Origin: Patescibacteria group bacterium
Lineage (GTDB): Bacteria > Patescibacteriota > Microgenomatia > UBA10105 > UBA927
DNA length: 64,000 nucleotides
Assembly: GCA_038062895.1 (NCBI GenBank)
Contig: JBBTWJ010000006.1
Location: forward strand, 48,862-112,861
Direction of reading: 5' to 3'
Under the pieces are notes generated by a model that had not been told where the DNA came from, did not search any database, and saw nothing but the letters and a program-made list of their open reading frames with translations. Every line of letters starts with the position of its first letter. Within the stretch, counting starts at the first letter, position 1. The position numbers were made by a program, and so were the translations under genes. Below are positions 18,741-29,500 of this stretch, piece after piece.

Positions 18741-19823
18741 TTAGGTCAAATGATCGTTTTCCGTGCCTTTCATCTGCTCCACGAGTTTTTTGATTTTTGG
18801 CACGGACCCTTTTTTACACACGAGAACGACGTCGTCGGTATTGACCACTAACATATCATCAAGATCTATGGTGACCACCAACTGATTTGTATAGTTATAG
18901 ACAAGGCTATCTTGCGTGTCATTGAGCATCACTTTTCCTTGCGTTACGTTCTTTTCTTCTGCTTCCTGAAGCGCTTCCTTCAGTGCTTCCCAAGCGCCAA
19001 TATCACTCCACTCGATATTTTCTGAAACAACCAATGCCTGTGATGGATCCAACTTTTCTAAAATCGCGTTATCAAAACTTATTTTTTCGAGTGTAGGATA
19101 TACCGCCTGAAGTACGCCATCATACGTTGCGGTACCCCACGCATCCGCTATTTGCGACAATCCGGCATAGACATTGGGTACAAAACGCTTGTATTGAGTG
19201 AGTAAAAACCGTGGCGTCGTGACGAAATATCCCAAATTCCATGCATGATGGCCACTTGCTAGGTATCGCTGTGCCGTCACTTTATCCGGACGGTACTGAA
19301 AATCGACAAAGGTATGAAACGCAATGTCATCTATCCGGTTGACCTCCTTACCGTAAGAAATCCAACCTAAATTTTCACTCGCAAATCGTGGTTTTTGCGC
19401 GACAAAAATAATTTTTCCCGGGTTATTTTTGATAATTTCTCCCGATACGCGCAGGATGCTGCGGAAAAGCGCTTCTTTACCAACCAAATGGTCACTCCAG
19501 AGAATAACCATGGGTTCATCCGGCTTGGTTTTAGCGAGTATCGCAGTCATGAGTCCTACCGCAGGACCCACATCACGGACTTCCGGCTCACCGACAACAT
19601 GATTTGGGGGAAGCTTGAGCAGTTGGCTTTGCACGATCGGCATGTATGCCTGACCCGTGGAAACATAGACATTATCCCAAGAAAAATCCGGCTGCAGCCG
19701 CTCAGCGGCCAACTGAAGCGTCGATTTATTTCCGATAATCTTCTCAAATTGTTTCGGAGATTTTCTACGGGACAGTGGCCAAAGTCTCGTTCCTACTCCG
19801 CCGGCAAAAATAACTGCATTCAT
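18741..19823 (-). CDS. manC: Mannose-1-phosphate guanylyltransferase
   Basis: AGGVGTRLWPLSRRKSPKQF, SDH, ISFDNAILEK and WSDIGAW motifs. Confidence 0.88.
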   Translation of the reverse strand: MNAVIFAGGVGTRLWPLSRRKSPKQFEKIIGNKSTLQLAAERLQPDFSWDNVYVSTGQAYMPIVQSQLLKLPPNHVVGEPEVRDVGPAVGLMTAILAKTKPDEPMVILWSDHLVGKEALFRSILRVSGEIIKNNPGKIIFVAQKPRFASENLGWISYGKEVNRIDDIAFHTFVDFQYRPDKVTAQRYLASGHHAWNLGYFVTTPRFLLTQYKRFVPNVYAGLSQIADAWGTATYDGVLQAVYPTLEKISFDNAILEKLDPSQALVVSENIEWSDIGAWEALKEALQEAEEKNVTQGKVMLNDTQDSLVYNYTNQLVVTIDLDDMLVVNTDDVVLVCKKGSVPKIKKLVEQMKGTENDHLT

Positions 19824-20935
19824 ATAGTTTTATAGAGTCTATAAAGCCTCTCAACAGTTGTCTTCATACCCTGCATAAATAGTTTTTTCCGAAACCGATG
19901 TGCATTTTCAATACAAGCTTGTCTTCCCAGTGATGTTCGTAAAAATCTCCTAACTGCATCAACGATTCCCTGTTTTGACTGTTCATCAAAAAGTATTCCG
20001 GTCTCCCCATCTTTGACAATCTCCCCTATCCCACTTTGGGCAAATGCGATCACTGGTCTCCCCGCAGATTGAGCCTCAACCGCAGCAATTCCGAAGTCTT
20101 CATCTGCCGCAGACAAAAAAGCGCGGCAACTTCCATAATAGGCACTAAGTTCCGCGTCTGTCAAATGCGACGTAACGAACGAAATGGTATCAGATGCATG
20201 GGCGCGAAGCAACTTCTCTTCGTGACCTGACCCTATAATAACAAGTGGCAACTTCAATTCATTGAATGCATCAATAATAAGATCAATACGTTTATAGCTT
20301 ACGAACCGTGAGACAACTAAAAAATAATTTTCTTTTTCACCGTTCTGTTTTCTGTTTACTGCTTTCTGTCTAAATTTCTCGTCGTCCACCGGCGGATAAA
20401 TCACCTTCTCGACACTTCTTCCATAATACGTTTCAATTCTCGCTTTCACACGCTGGGATATGGCTATGTAATAATCCGGACGGCTGCTGCCCACGATATC
20501 CCAGCGCCGGAGAACCGGCGCCATCATCGATAATAGTTTGGAAGATTGAGCATAGTCTTCATACCCGCTCCAAAGATACCGCGTTGGCGTCAAACAGTAG
20601 CAGATATGGAGGGTAGACGGTTTCGTAATGATATATTTAGCCTCCGCCGAGGTGACGCTTATCACAACATCAAAGTCATCAAACGAAAACGATTCGAACG
20701 CCATGGGGGTCACCCAGGGAAACCATTCGTGATGATGTTTGGCTAAAGGCACGTATTGGAGGAATGATGGCTTGATAGTAAATACATCTGCCCACCCCGC
20801 CGTGACAGGATCGTAGACGGCAGTATAAAGTGGGGCTTCCGGCCAAATCTCATGCAAGGCAAGAAGCACCCGTTCCGCCCCACCCCACTTATTAATTCGG
20901 TCATACACAAACACAATACGAGGATGTTTTATCAT
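19820..20935 (-). CDS. Glycosyltransferase family 4 (mannosyltransferase-like)
   Basis: GGAERVL, EDFGIAAVEAQSAGRPVI motifs. Confidence 0.9.
   Translation of the reverse strand: MIKHPRIVFVYDRINKWGGAERVLLALHEIWPEAPLYTAVYDPVTAGWADVFTIKPSFLQYVPLAKHHHEWFPWVTPMAFESFSFDDFDVVISVTSAEAKYIITKPSTLHICYCLTPTRYLWSGYEDYAQSSKLLSMMAPVLRRWDIVGSSRPDYYIAISQRVKARIETYYGRSVEKVIYPPVDDEKFRQKAVNRKQNGEKENYFLVVSRFVSYKRIDLIIDAFNELKLPLVIIGSGHEEKLLRAHASDTISFVTSHLTDAELSAYYGSCRAFLSAADEDFGIAAVEAQSAGRPVIAFAQSGIGEIVKDGETGILFDEQSKQGIVDAVRRFLRTSLGRQACIENAHRFRKKLFMQGMKTTVERLYRLYKTI
20343..20370. repeat. In-frame heptamer tandem repeat (TTCTGTT x4, imperfect) in the GT4 interdomain linker
   Basis: ttctgtt ttctgtt tactgct ttctgtc; encodes RQKAVNRKQN. 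Confidence 0.6.
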
Positions 20936-20959
20936 TATTGCTGATATACAGAAATATTT

Positions 20960-21784
20960 TTACGTTAATTTCTTCCTCTGGTTCGATAAAAAATTTGAGG
21001 ACTCTATAATACTTTTTCCGGTTTCTTTTTCAAGTTTTTTTCTCGCAACTGCTGCAACACTACCGCCTTTTCGAGCAACAAATCGATGCTGAAAAAAAGC
21101 ATTCGGCTGTTTTTTCTTACTTATTGCTGTCGTAGAAGCTTCCGCCAACATTGTCAGAACCAATTCAAGATTAGTCATATGATCACGAAGATTTTCTTTT
21201 TTGAGATTCTTGTGCTGCTTATAATCGCGGGTCTTCATTCCAGCCCAGGCACGGGTAATATCGTCGGTGAGAATGGCAAATTCCAATCCCTCTTTGACCC
21301 CTCGCTCTTCCCACTCGTTCGTCAATTCTTTTCTAATTTCAATACTTTTCAGTCTTTGGTTAATCCAATCATCGCTTCGCCCGAGATTCCGGTAGGCTTT
21401 TAATGCCCGATTGATCGCCTTTTCTGGGTCTTGAATTTCTTCCACACGTTCATACCCAACCCGGGCAAGCCATAGCTTGAATGGTTCAGCCTTAGGGGAT
21501 GGAATAGATTGAATTATACGAAACACGGATTCCGTATCCGCAGCATCAGTGAGGTATTCCTTGCCATCTATTGCTCTCATTTTCAGTTGGTTACATTTTG
21601 TAACCACCTGACTACTTTCTTTCTTCAAACGAAACTTCATAACTTTCCAATAACTACGAGCATTCGGACTACTTGTTAATGCCTGGATGACATCCACCAC
21701 AGAAAACCACCATTTCTCTCCTTTTTCGTCCCAAACCCGACGAATTTTCTTCCCTTCAAAAATAGCTAAATCTCGTTTCTTCAT
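20960..21784 (-). CDS. Bro-N domain (phage antirepressor-like) DNA-binding protein
   Basis: IRRVWD...WWFSVVDVIQAL, IQSIPSPKAEPFKLWLA and NLRDHMT motifs; ATGA-coupled to the upstream GT4. Confidence 0.88.
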   Translation of the reverse strand: MKKRDLAIFEGKKIRRVWDEKGEKWWFSVVDVIQALTSSPNARSYWKVMKFRLKKESSQVVTKCNQLKMRAIDGKEYLTDAADTESVFRIIQSIPSPKAEPFKLWLARVGYERVEEIQDPEKAINRALKAYRNLGRSDDWINQRLKSIEIRKELTNEWEERGVKEGLEFAILTDDITRAWAGMKTRDYKQHKNLKKENLRDHMTNLELVLTMLAEASTTAISKKKQPNAFFQHRFVARKGGSVAAVARKKLEKETGKSIIESSNFLSNQRKKLT

Positions 21785-22941
21785 ATATTCTCGTAGACCC
21801 TGAGCGTATCAGAGACAAGCTTAAACCACGAATAGCCATCTAATATAATGTTTTTCGGTTTGACTACATTTTGTGACATCTTTTGAGCAATATCTCCTGG
21901 ATCTTGTGGATTAAAGTACGTCGCTTGACTCCCGAGTATTTCATGAAAAACCGGAATGTCAGATACAATTACCGGGCACCCAAAAGAAAGCGCTTCAAGC
22001 GCCGGCAATCCGAATCCTTCCATGAGAGACGGAAATACAAAAGCAATGGCATGGGCATAGAGATTGGCCAGTTGCGCGTCGTCGGCTTGTCCAAAATAGA
22101 GAACGCTCTCACCAAGATTCATAGACGCAGCAAGTTTTTTTATCTTCCGGTAGAAAAAATCGTCTTTCCCGACTAGCACCAATTTTAAATTCTTTGTCAA
22201 TTGTGAATTGTCAATTGTTAATTGTTGAAATGCCCTCAAGAGCATTTCCAAATTCTTATGTGGATACGCATTCCCAACGTATAAAAAGTAAGGATTCTCA
22301 ATAATTCTTTTTTGACTTTTGACTTTCCCGCCTGCAACGCTTTGCGTAGCATTGCGGGCAGATGACTTTTGACTTTTCCAGCCAGAGGCTGGTCCGCCTT
22401 TGGCGGAGACTTTTTCATCCACCCCCTCATACGTCACAACAATTTTTTTCGGTTGCACATGTAAATGATCAATAATTTCCTTCTTTGTCGTTAGGGAAAC
22501 AGCGATGATAGTCCTCACCCGCCGGAGACCCACGGCAAGGGCAATCCTGTATCCGACGCGTCGTAATTTATATAATATCCACGGCAAGGTCGTCGCCCTG
22601 CCGGTATCGAAGTGGAGGATCGTCAGGTCGTGAATTGTCGCCACCATGCGGCCTGGATAAAAAATAGGAATATTGAAATATGGAATATGCACGAGGTCAA
22701 GCCGGGCTTGAAAAAGTAACCAGGGCATGATCAGCTGCTCGGACACGCTATGCCATCCTACATCTGCCAATACCTTTTTCCATCGTGGGTTTGGGAGTTC
22801 AAAACTCGTATATTCTTTTTTCTTTAAAAATATGGTGTATTCATTTATCTTGTCCTGGTGACCAATCTCACGCACAAGATTCCGGATATATCTTCCGACA
22901 CCGGTTTCATTAATAAGTCTCGCATCGATACCTATGTTCAT
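21781..22941 (-). CDS. Glycosyltransferase family 4 with repeat-derived insertions
   Basis: IGIDAR, TIHDL, PHKN and EGFGLPALEA motifs. Confidence 0.92.
   Translation of the reverse strand: MNIGIDARLINETGVGRYIRNLVREIGHQDKINEYTIFLKKKEYTSFELPNPRWKKVLADVGWHSVSEQLIMPWLLFQARLDLVHIPYFNIPIFYPGRMVATIHDLTILHFDTGRATTLPWILYKLRRVGYRIALAVGLRRVRTIIAVSLTTKKEIIDHLHVQPKKIVVTYEGVDEKVSAKGGPASGWKSQKSSARNATQSVAGGKVKSQKRIIENPYFLYVGNAYPHKNLEMLLRAFQQLTIDNSQLTKNLKLVLVGKDDFFYRKIKKLAASMNLGESVLYFGQADDAQLANLYAHAIAFVFPSLMEGFGLPALEALSFGCPVIVSDIPVFHEILGSQATYFNPQDPGDIAQKMSQNVVKPKNIILDGYSWFKLVSDTLRVYENI
22194..22228. repeat. In-frame heptamer tandem repeat (TTGTCAA x5, imperfect)
   Basis: ttgtcaa ttgtgaa ttgtcaa ttgttaa ttgttga; encodes QQLTIDNSQLT. 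Confidence 0.75.
22314..22414. repeat. GACTTTT heptamer tract interrupted by 36-bp and 30-bp palindromic elements, in frame
   Basis: 36-bp hairpin at 22327-22362; 30-bp double hairpin CCAGCC-AGA-GGCTGG-TCCGCC-TTT-GGCGGA at 22378-22407. Confidence 0.85.
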
Positions 22942-23834
22942 AAGAGTGAACGGAGTTTAATACCAATAAGGATAAACGAATAGACCAAAAATCCATACCG
23001 GTGACGGTAATGTTTGCTATAAAATAATTTCATCGCATCATAAAAATATTGTTTTGTTCGGCGCCGCGTTTGCGCGTCAGGATGACCTAATCCGCTTTGA
23101 TGTTTTTTATGGATTATGGAAACAGCTGGATAAAATACTATGCGATGGTTACTTGCTCTGATACGGAAACACCAGTCAATATCTTCTCCATACATAAAAA
23201 ATTTCTCGTCGAATAATCCAATCTGATCGATGACGCTTCGTCGTACCAAAAAGAACGCACCGGAAATGCAGTCTACATCATGGATATCTTTCAATGACCT
23301 AAATCCCTGATGGTACTGTCCAAAAAGCCGGGATGTTCCGAACATTTTCTCGAATCCCATAAAATACGTGAACGATGCCCACGGAGTCGGAAATCCGCGG
23401 TGACATGCAGGATCGAGTGATCCATCAGCAAGATTCACCCGACACGTTATCGCGCCAACATCGCGGTTGGCATCCATATACCCTTTGAGTTCACCCAGCG
23501 TCCCCGGGGTCATTTCTGTATCAGAATTGAGAAGCAATATATACCTACCCCTGGATGCACGGATTCCTTGATTGTTCGCCGCCGCAAACCCCACATTTTT
23601 TTCGTTTTGAATAAGGGTTAAATTTTGACTTTTCCAGCCATAGGCTGGTCCGCCTTTGGCGGAGACTTCTTCAGGGCTTCCATCATTTGAAGCGTTATCC
23701 ACAACAATCACTTCCCACCGGTCGCCCTTTGTTTCAGAAGCCGCAAGTGAGGCCAAACAAGCACGCAACACCTCACGCGTGTTGTAACTGACTATGACGA
23801 TGGAAAGATCAAATGATTCTTTTTGCGGTTTCAT
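22938..23834 (-). CDS. Glycosyltransferase family 2 (rhamnosyltransferase-like)
   Basis: SIVIVSYN, VVDNAS, LLNSD and FFMYGEDIDWC motifs; start uncertain (ORF track gives 23876). Confidence 0.9.
   Translation of the reverse strand: MKPQKESFDLSIVIVSYNTREVLRACLASLAASETKGDRWEVIVVDNASNDGSPEEVSAKGGPAYGWKSQNLTLIQNEKNVGFAAANNQGIRASRGRYILLLNSDTEMTPGTLGELKGYMDANRDVGAITCRVNLADGSLDPACHRGFPTPWASFTYFMGFEKMFGTSRLFGQYHQGFRSLKDIHDVDCISGAFFLVRRSVIDQIGLFDEKFFMYGEDIDWCFRIRASNHRIVFYPAVSIIHKKHQSGLGHPDAQTRRRTKQYFYDAMKLFYSKHYRHRYGFLVYSFILIGIKLRSLL
23634..23663. repeat. Second copy of the 30-bp double-hairpin element, in frame
   Basis: CCAGCC-ATA-GGCTGG-TCCGCC-TTT-GGCGGA; 1 nt different from 22378-22407, same GACTTTT/GACTT flanks. 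Confidence 0.9.
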
Positions 23835-25002
23835 ACCAGACGCGGTCCAACGCGCGAGCGATAGTACCCCACGCATATTCCCGTTCGATTGTTTTTCTCG
23901 CGTTTATTGTTATCTCGTTTCGTTTTTTAGGCGACTTGATGAACCCGGCCACAGCGGCAATAAACTCGTCTTCGGTGTTTCCAATACATAATTCCTTATT
24001 ATGGGTCACGTTTAAACCCGTAGCCCCAAGCGTCGTCGTAACCACCGGCAACCCACTCGCCATTGCCTCCAATATCTTAAAACTCGTTCCGCCGCCGATC
24101 CGAATAGGAGCCAGAAGAACATCTGCTTTTTGAAACTCTTCTTCAATATTGGTTACTTCTTCAAGAAGAATAGCTTGACGATCATGGACGAGCTTTCGTA
24201 ATGGATCGGGCATACTTCGGCCAACTATCCGTAGAGTCGATCCGGGGTAAATCTTCTGAATCTTGGGCCAAATCGACGTCACCAACCACGATACGGCATC
24301 ACGATTCTGCATCCAGTTGAAACTCCCCACAAACAAAAAGACTGGGTGATCTCCTATTTTCTTCGTTACCGATCGAAACGAATCAACGTCAACGCCGTTA
24401 GGAACCACCGTGACCGAACGGGCGGCCCTCCGGCTTTTCCGGATGACCCGTGCGTCATCTTCCGATACGGCTATGACATGCCTGGCTTTTTTCCATACAT
24501 ACTTTTCCCAAAACATAAGCTTAAGTACATCCCAGTAATATCCGGGGCGCAGGAGGGAAAAACGAAATCTGCGTACGTATTCCGTATAAACGGCATACTC
24601 TATGTTATGCGTGGCCGTGACTATCGGGATGGCTATTTTGGGAAGACACGGCCACACATACCAAGGTTCGATATGGACTAGGTCATACGCACCCGTTTCT
24701 AATTCCCGGGCAATCTTCCGGCGAAGCTCTGCGAGGTCATAGGATGACAATAAGAGCGGTCGAATCCCCAACACTGACCGTATCACATAGTTCGCCTGCC
24801 AAGCAGACCCACGGTACGCGGTTATAATTTTTTTACAAAACGAAAGATCTTTCTCATACTGTTTTTCAGACAGATTCCGCAGAAACGTGACAAGGGTAAT
24901 CTCATGGTGTTTACTTAAACGTGAAAGAAGATTATATATCCGAACTTGTCCCCCAGAATAGAGTGGATACGGCAGAAGCGCGGAAACAAATAATACTTTC
25001 AT
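23809..25002 (-). CDS. Glycosyltransferase family 4
   Basis: PYPLYSGG, VPNGVD and GGGTSFKILEAMASGLPVV motifs. Confidence 0.9.
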   Translation of the reverse strand: MKVLFVSALLPYPLYSGGQVRIYNLLSRLSKHHEITLVTFLRNLSEKQYEKDLSFCKKIITAYRGSAWQANYVIRSVLGIRPLLLSSYDLAELRRKIARELETGAYDLVHIEPWYVWPCLPKIAIPIVTATHNIEYAVYTEYVRRFRFSLLRPGYYWDVLKLMFWEKYVWKKARHVIAVSEDDARVIRKSRRAARSVTVVPNGVDVDSFRSVTKKIGDHPVFLFVGSFNWMQNRDAVSWLVTSIWPKIQKIYPGSTLRIVGRSMPDPLRKLVHDRQAILLEEVTNIEEEFQKADVLLAPIRIGGGTSFKILEAMASGLPVVTTTLGATGLNVTHNKELCIGNTEDEFIAAVAGFIKSPKKRNEITINARKTIEREYAWGTIARALDRVWYETAKRII

Positions 25003-25030
25003 AATGCATACTCTCTCGTTACTTCTTCCT

Positions 25031-25065
25031 TACTACCAACTACCTACTACCCACTATCAACTACT
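25031..25065. repeat. Intergenic heptamer tract (NACTACC x5, imperfect)
   Basis: tactacc aactacc tactacc cactatc aactact. Confidence 0.65.
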
Positions 25066-26527
25066 CCGTGCTCCCTGCCTTTGGTTTTGTCAGGTCGATG
25101 ATAGCAAACCGGTCGTTTCTCACTACAACGGTATAGAGATTAGCCAAATCCCGCGTTTCCCAATCATTATCCGTCGGTGATACCGTCACGTAATGCGTCG
25201 CTCCCATCTCCAGTTTTTTTTCTATATCAAATCCAAGCGGCCACCCTTGACGGTTTGTCTGATACAAAAAAGTGGTATCTCCGTTATACGGCGCGATGAC
25301 CCTCGCATCCTTCGGAAGCAATCTATCTGCCTCCCGCCCGGCCTCGACGATATCCGGCCGGTTAATCCAATAATAGGTTCTGATGGTGTACCAGGAAAAA
25401 GCAAACATAAATAAGAAACAAATAGCAGATAGCAGATAGCAGATAGATCGGGAAAAAGGATTATGAGAAAGAAGAAATGCAAATCCCTTCCCTACATATA
25501 CCGCGACAATGGGAATGAACACTATTTGATAGTAATCGTGCTGCACATTACCGCGCGCAATGATGATGACATATGCAAGTACTCCAATGGTCCACAAGCG
25601 AAAAATCCACCCTTCTTTTTTAGACGGAACCAAAAGGCCTCCTAACCCAAGTGGTATAAGTCCCCAATATCCGAGCATTAATTCTCCCAACCGCTTGGCA
25701 AACAGCCAGTAAAACCATGCTCCTTTGAAGCGGATGTTGCCTTCGTTAAAAAGCCATAGATAAACCGGAATCCCTTCTGGATACTGCAAAATCCACTGTC
25801 GCCACCACCATAATGGAAACAAACTGATAGATGAATAAACACATAATCCAATAACCAACGAGAAGGATAAACCGAAACGGCGCCAAAACAAATATGGGAT
25901 GGGCAAAAGCAAAAACGCCGCTGTGGGTTTAACGAGCAATGCGACTCCCCCGGCTATAGCGGCAAATATCACGAGTAACCAATCAATCCGCTTATCCTTC
26001 CGATCATTATGCTCTGACAATCGAAACATAATATATACGCTGAGTACCGCCCAAAACACCATAAATGGCTCTGGAAGGATAATTCTTCCATAAAAAATAC
26101 TGTACGGAAGTACGGCATAGACCAATGCGCCAATTGTCGCGGCAAGCCTTCCGACAGTCACCGTCATCAGAAGATAAACCAAAATGAGGGTTCCCACGGA
26201 GGCGGAAACAGTCACCAACCGGAGGATTATTTCCATAGGAACTTGTGGCAATAACCTGCTCACCCCGTATGCCACCGACTGATAGAGCGGAACTTCGACC
26301 ATCCGCCATCCCATAGGATTATCTTTTCCGGAAGGGATGTTGGAGAGATCATCAAACCGTGGATGCAGAAGGTCTAAGCCGAACTTAGTAAAATTCCGTG
26401 CCACAGCCGCAGTATCGCTCTGACGCCAGCTGTGCCAATCTGCGACCGCATTCCCGAGGCCGTATAAACGCACGGTCACGGCCAGAAGCGAGATCACAAT
26501 AAGAATAAAAAACTCTATCTTTTTCAT
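25061..26527 (-). CDS. ArnT/PMT-like (GT-C fold) membrane glycosyltransferase
   Basis: Multi-TM; first loop DWHSWRQSDTAAVARNF; LLVKP and HDYYQ motifs. Confidence 0.8.
   Translation of the reverse strand: MKKIEFFILIVISLLAVTVRLYGLGNAVADWHSWRQSDTAAVARNFTKFGLDLLHPRFDDLSNIPSGKDNPMGWRMVEVPLYQSVAYGVSRLLPQVPMEIILRLVTVSASVGTLILVYLLMTVTVGRLAATIGALVYAVLPYSIFYGRIILPEPFMVFWAVLSVYIMFRLSEHNDRKDKRIDWLLVIFAAIAGGVALLVKPTAAFLLLPIPYLFWRRFGLSFSLVIGLCVYSSISLFPLWWWRQWILQYPEGIPVYLWLFNEGNIRFKGAWFYWLFAKRLGELMLGYWGLIPLGLGGLLVPSKKEGWIFRLWTIGVLAYVIIIARGNVQHDYYQIVFIPIVAVYVGKGFAFLLSHNPFSRSICYLLSAICFLFMFAFSWYTIRTYYWINRPDIVEAGREADRLLPKDARVIAPYNGDTTFLYQTNRQGWPLGFDIEKKLEMGATHYVTVSPTDNDWETRDLANLYTVVVRNDRFAIIDLTKPKAGSTE
25422..25446. 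repeat. In-frame heptamer repeat (ATAGCAG)3.5
   Basis: Perfect repeat; encodes ICYLLSAI. Confidence 0.75.
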
Positions 26528-29500
26528 GGACTTAACCGCATTTTTCTGTGTTCTATGAGCTTGCCGGAAGGATCAAACTCAAATACTTTTTGATTTCTGG
26601 ATTCATAGTCTACGGCATCAAAAGCAGCAGACACCGTAGGCCAGCTGAATACGCGTATGGTGGGATTACGGAATACAAGCCATAACGCGTCCGGAATGCC
26701 CACGGGGAATACCCATGCTTCCCCCAAGCGGATCGGCACGTTTACAAAATGAAATTCCATGGGTTCGCTCTTCCAATAGTCTTCGTACGCCCCATCCATC
26801 TCCACGACAAATTTCCGGGATACTTCCCCGGCGTCATACCAATCGTTTTGCATTTGCTGATGCTGGATAAGCTGCAGGAGGCCCCATGAACATGAAACGA
26901 TGACAACGATTAATACTGCTATCATCCGCCCGTTCCCTAGGAGAAACTGGTACATCTTTTTCAGTATATACACCCCCAAAAGCGCTACCGCTACGGAGGA
27001 GAGATAGCTATACCGTGATGTCATATTCCCCAAACCGATAAATGGCGAAAGTGCGATAAGAAAAAATCCAATACCAAAGAGCCATATTCTTCTGTCTTCT
27101 TTGCCGATCATCCCTCCGTATTTCTTCCACACCCGAACAGCCATGAAACTTATCAGAATGAAAACAAGAGCCGAGGCCATCATATGAGTTTTTGCTGCAT
27201 TTCGGACGACCTGAACGAGAGACAATGAAAGTGGACCCAGAAGTCCGAGAAACGCATACCCAACACTATTGCCGACTACATTAAACGGCAGTTTGGCAAA
27301 ATTATAATTATAATCCCCGCTTAACCAATGGCTGGAAGCTAAATACCGCACCGCCAAATAGATAGGCATCGGAGCAAATAATATGGCATACCACGCATTT
27401 CCCACCCGTCGACGAAATTCCTCCCAACCCTGCATCGCAAACGTATACAAGAGATAAAACAATGGCGTCACGATTCCCAATTCATGAAATAACAGAGACA
27501 ACGTAAAGCATGCGATGGTCAACAGAAAATAGACCCGTTTACCGTTTTCCGTCCAAGCTATATACCATAAAAGACTCGACAGAGAAAAAAATGCAGTAAA
27601 CAGAAATCCCGTTGCTGATACCCAAAATATTGGCTCACTATGCCCGCTAAGCATCAGGAACGCGACGGATGTTAGGGCGGAAAGCAATAAATTCCTTAGC
27701 ACTTTCCTCGCTAGGATAAAAACGAGGAGTGCCACGCCAAAATGGAGCAAAAGCGACACGTTATGATAGACGCTTTGATTGAGCCAAAATACTGAATACA
27801 TGGTGAGAAAATAAATTTTCGCACCCGGCCGGTAGAAAAATCCCTGCGCCTGGGTAAAATAACGTGTTATGGTCCCCACATTGAGGTTACACCGCTCCCC
27901 CGCCGCACTCACGGCCGTCCCACAATCTGCAGCCCAACGAAACCACGTAAAATCATCTCCCACAAAATTATTACGTGACATGGACGAATACAAAACGACG
28001 GTAAGAATGAATAAATATATGGCGATGGCAACCGGAGACAAGAGGACTGACTTGAACAATGTATATAAATCCGCGGGTTTGCGCCCATAAAGCCCCAACG
28101 TCCCGAGCGTAACTCCCAACAACATCCACAGCGTAAAAGCGACCTTTGATGCTTCAAAAACATCGATGAAAAAAGCGTTAATTGCCAAACCTCCCACCCC
28201 GGCGGCCAACCCGATGATGAAGCTTCGGGTTTTATGATCATTGACCAAGGGTAATGTCTTCCAAATATAAATTGTGGTTATAACAAAAATTGCCAAGAAT
28301 GTGCTAAATCCCAATAATCCCACCTCTGCTAACATGCGCAGATAACTATTATCCACAGCCAGTCCTACCGACCCATACCCGCTTCCAAAAAAGATGTTTC
28401 TCCTGAATGTGTCCATGGCTCTGGGCCATTCCCCCTGAAATCTGGTCGTAAACGATAAATCATAGGCAAATACCTTTTTAACCAAGAAATCACCATTGAT
28501 GATGAATACTTCCGCTGACGTCGTAGCTATCTTTGGAATGGGTTCATAGTAAAAATGTCCAAGCTTGCGGATGACGGGCGAAAGGGCAAGATTGATATAT
28601 CCCGTGCCCTGCGGTAAATTCTCGCCGTTTGGCGCATTCGGCTCGATGAAGAGCACCGGATCCGCTTCGATCCGCGTGTAGGGAATGACCAGGACAGCGG
28701 CGGGACTGGCGTGGTTATAGAGATCGGAAACAGTCGTACTAAATGCCTGCCTGACCGTCTTTGGGACAAAGTAGCTATTGGGTACATTCGTCGAGTGGCC
28801 CACCGCTTCTCCTGTGGTAGCATCCACTAAAACCTCGACTTCCTTGACCGTACTGGTAAACCGATCCATGATACTCGGTGAGACGCTCACCATGATCAAC
28901 GCGCCAAATATGATGATAGGAAGAGAAATAAGCACAAGCTTTTTCTTCTGCACAAATACGATAATTCCGACAACTCCGACAAGCGCGAACAATGAAATTC
29001 TGGAAACCGTCATTACCATGACAACCAGCCCCAATAGTGAAGCTGCAGCCAACGCGATCCGCCCGAACCAATTTCTGATACCAAACATCATGCTCACGAG
29101 TATCGGAAGAACAAGCACTAAGTATGCCGCCAAATCATAATGCCCACCAAATGTGGAGGAGACACGGGAGAGTCCCGATAACCGTATCGGAATCCCCTTT
29201 GCAAACTCCTCGTTCATGGTTAAAAATGCAGGGAACCCCACATACTTCTGCCCAATCCCGTAGAGCGTCACTCCTAGGACCGTGACGGCCAACATGACCG
29301 TAACCCACAGGATAAATCGTTTGTCGCGCATGGCACTGTACACAACAAAAAATAAACTCATATATTCGATGCGACGGAGCATACTCAAAAAGGCCACATT
29401 GCCCTGTATATTTCCCAAGGCAGAAAAAATGAATAACAGCCCGTGGATGGTCGACACTGCGCCGATCGCCCAAAAGAGTAATATGGGAAGAGTGAGCGGA

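Noticed and set aside
20960-21784. Prophage indicated by the Bro-N gene
   Set aside because: No integrase, structural or replication genes nearby
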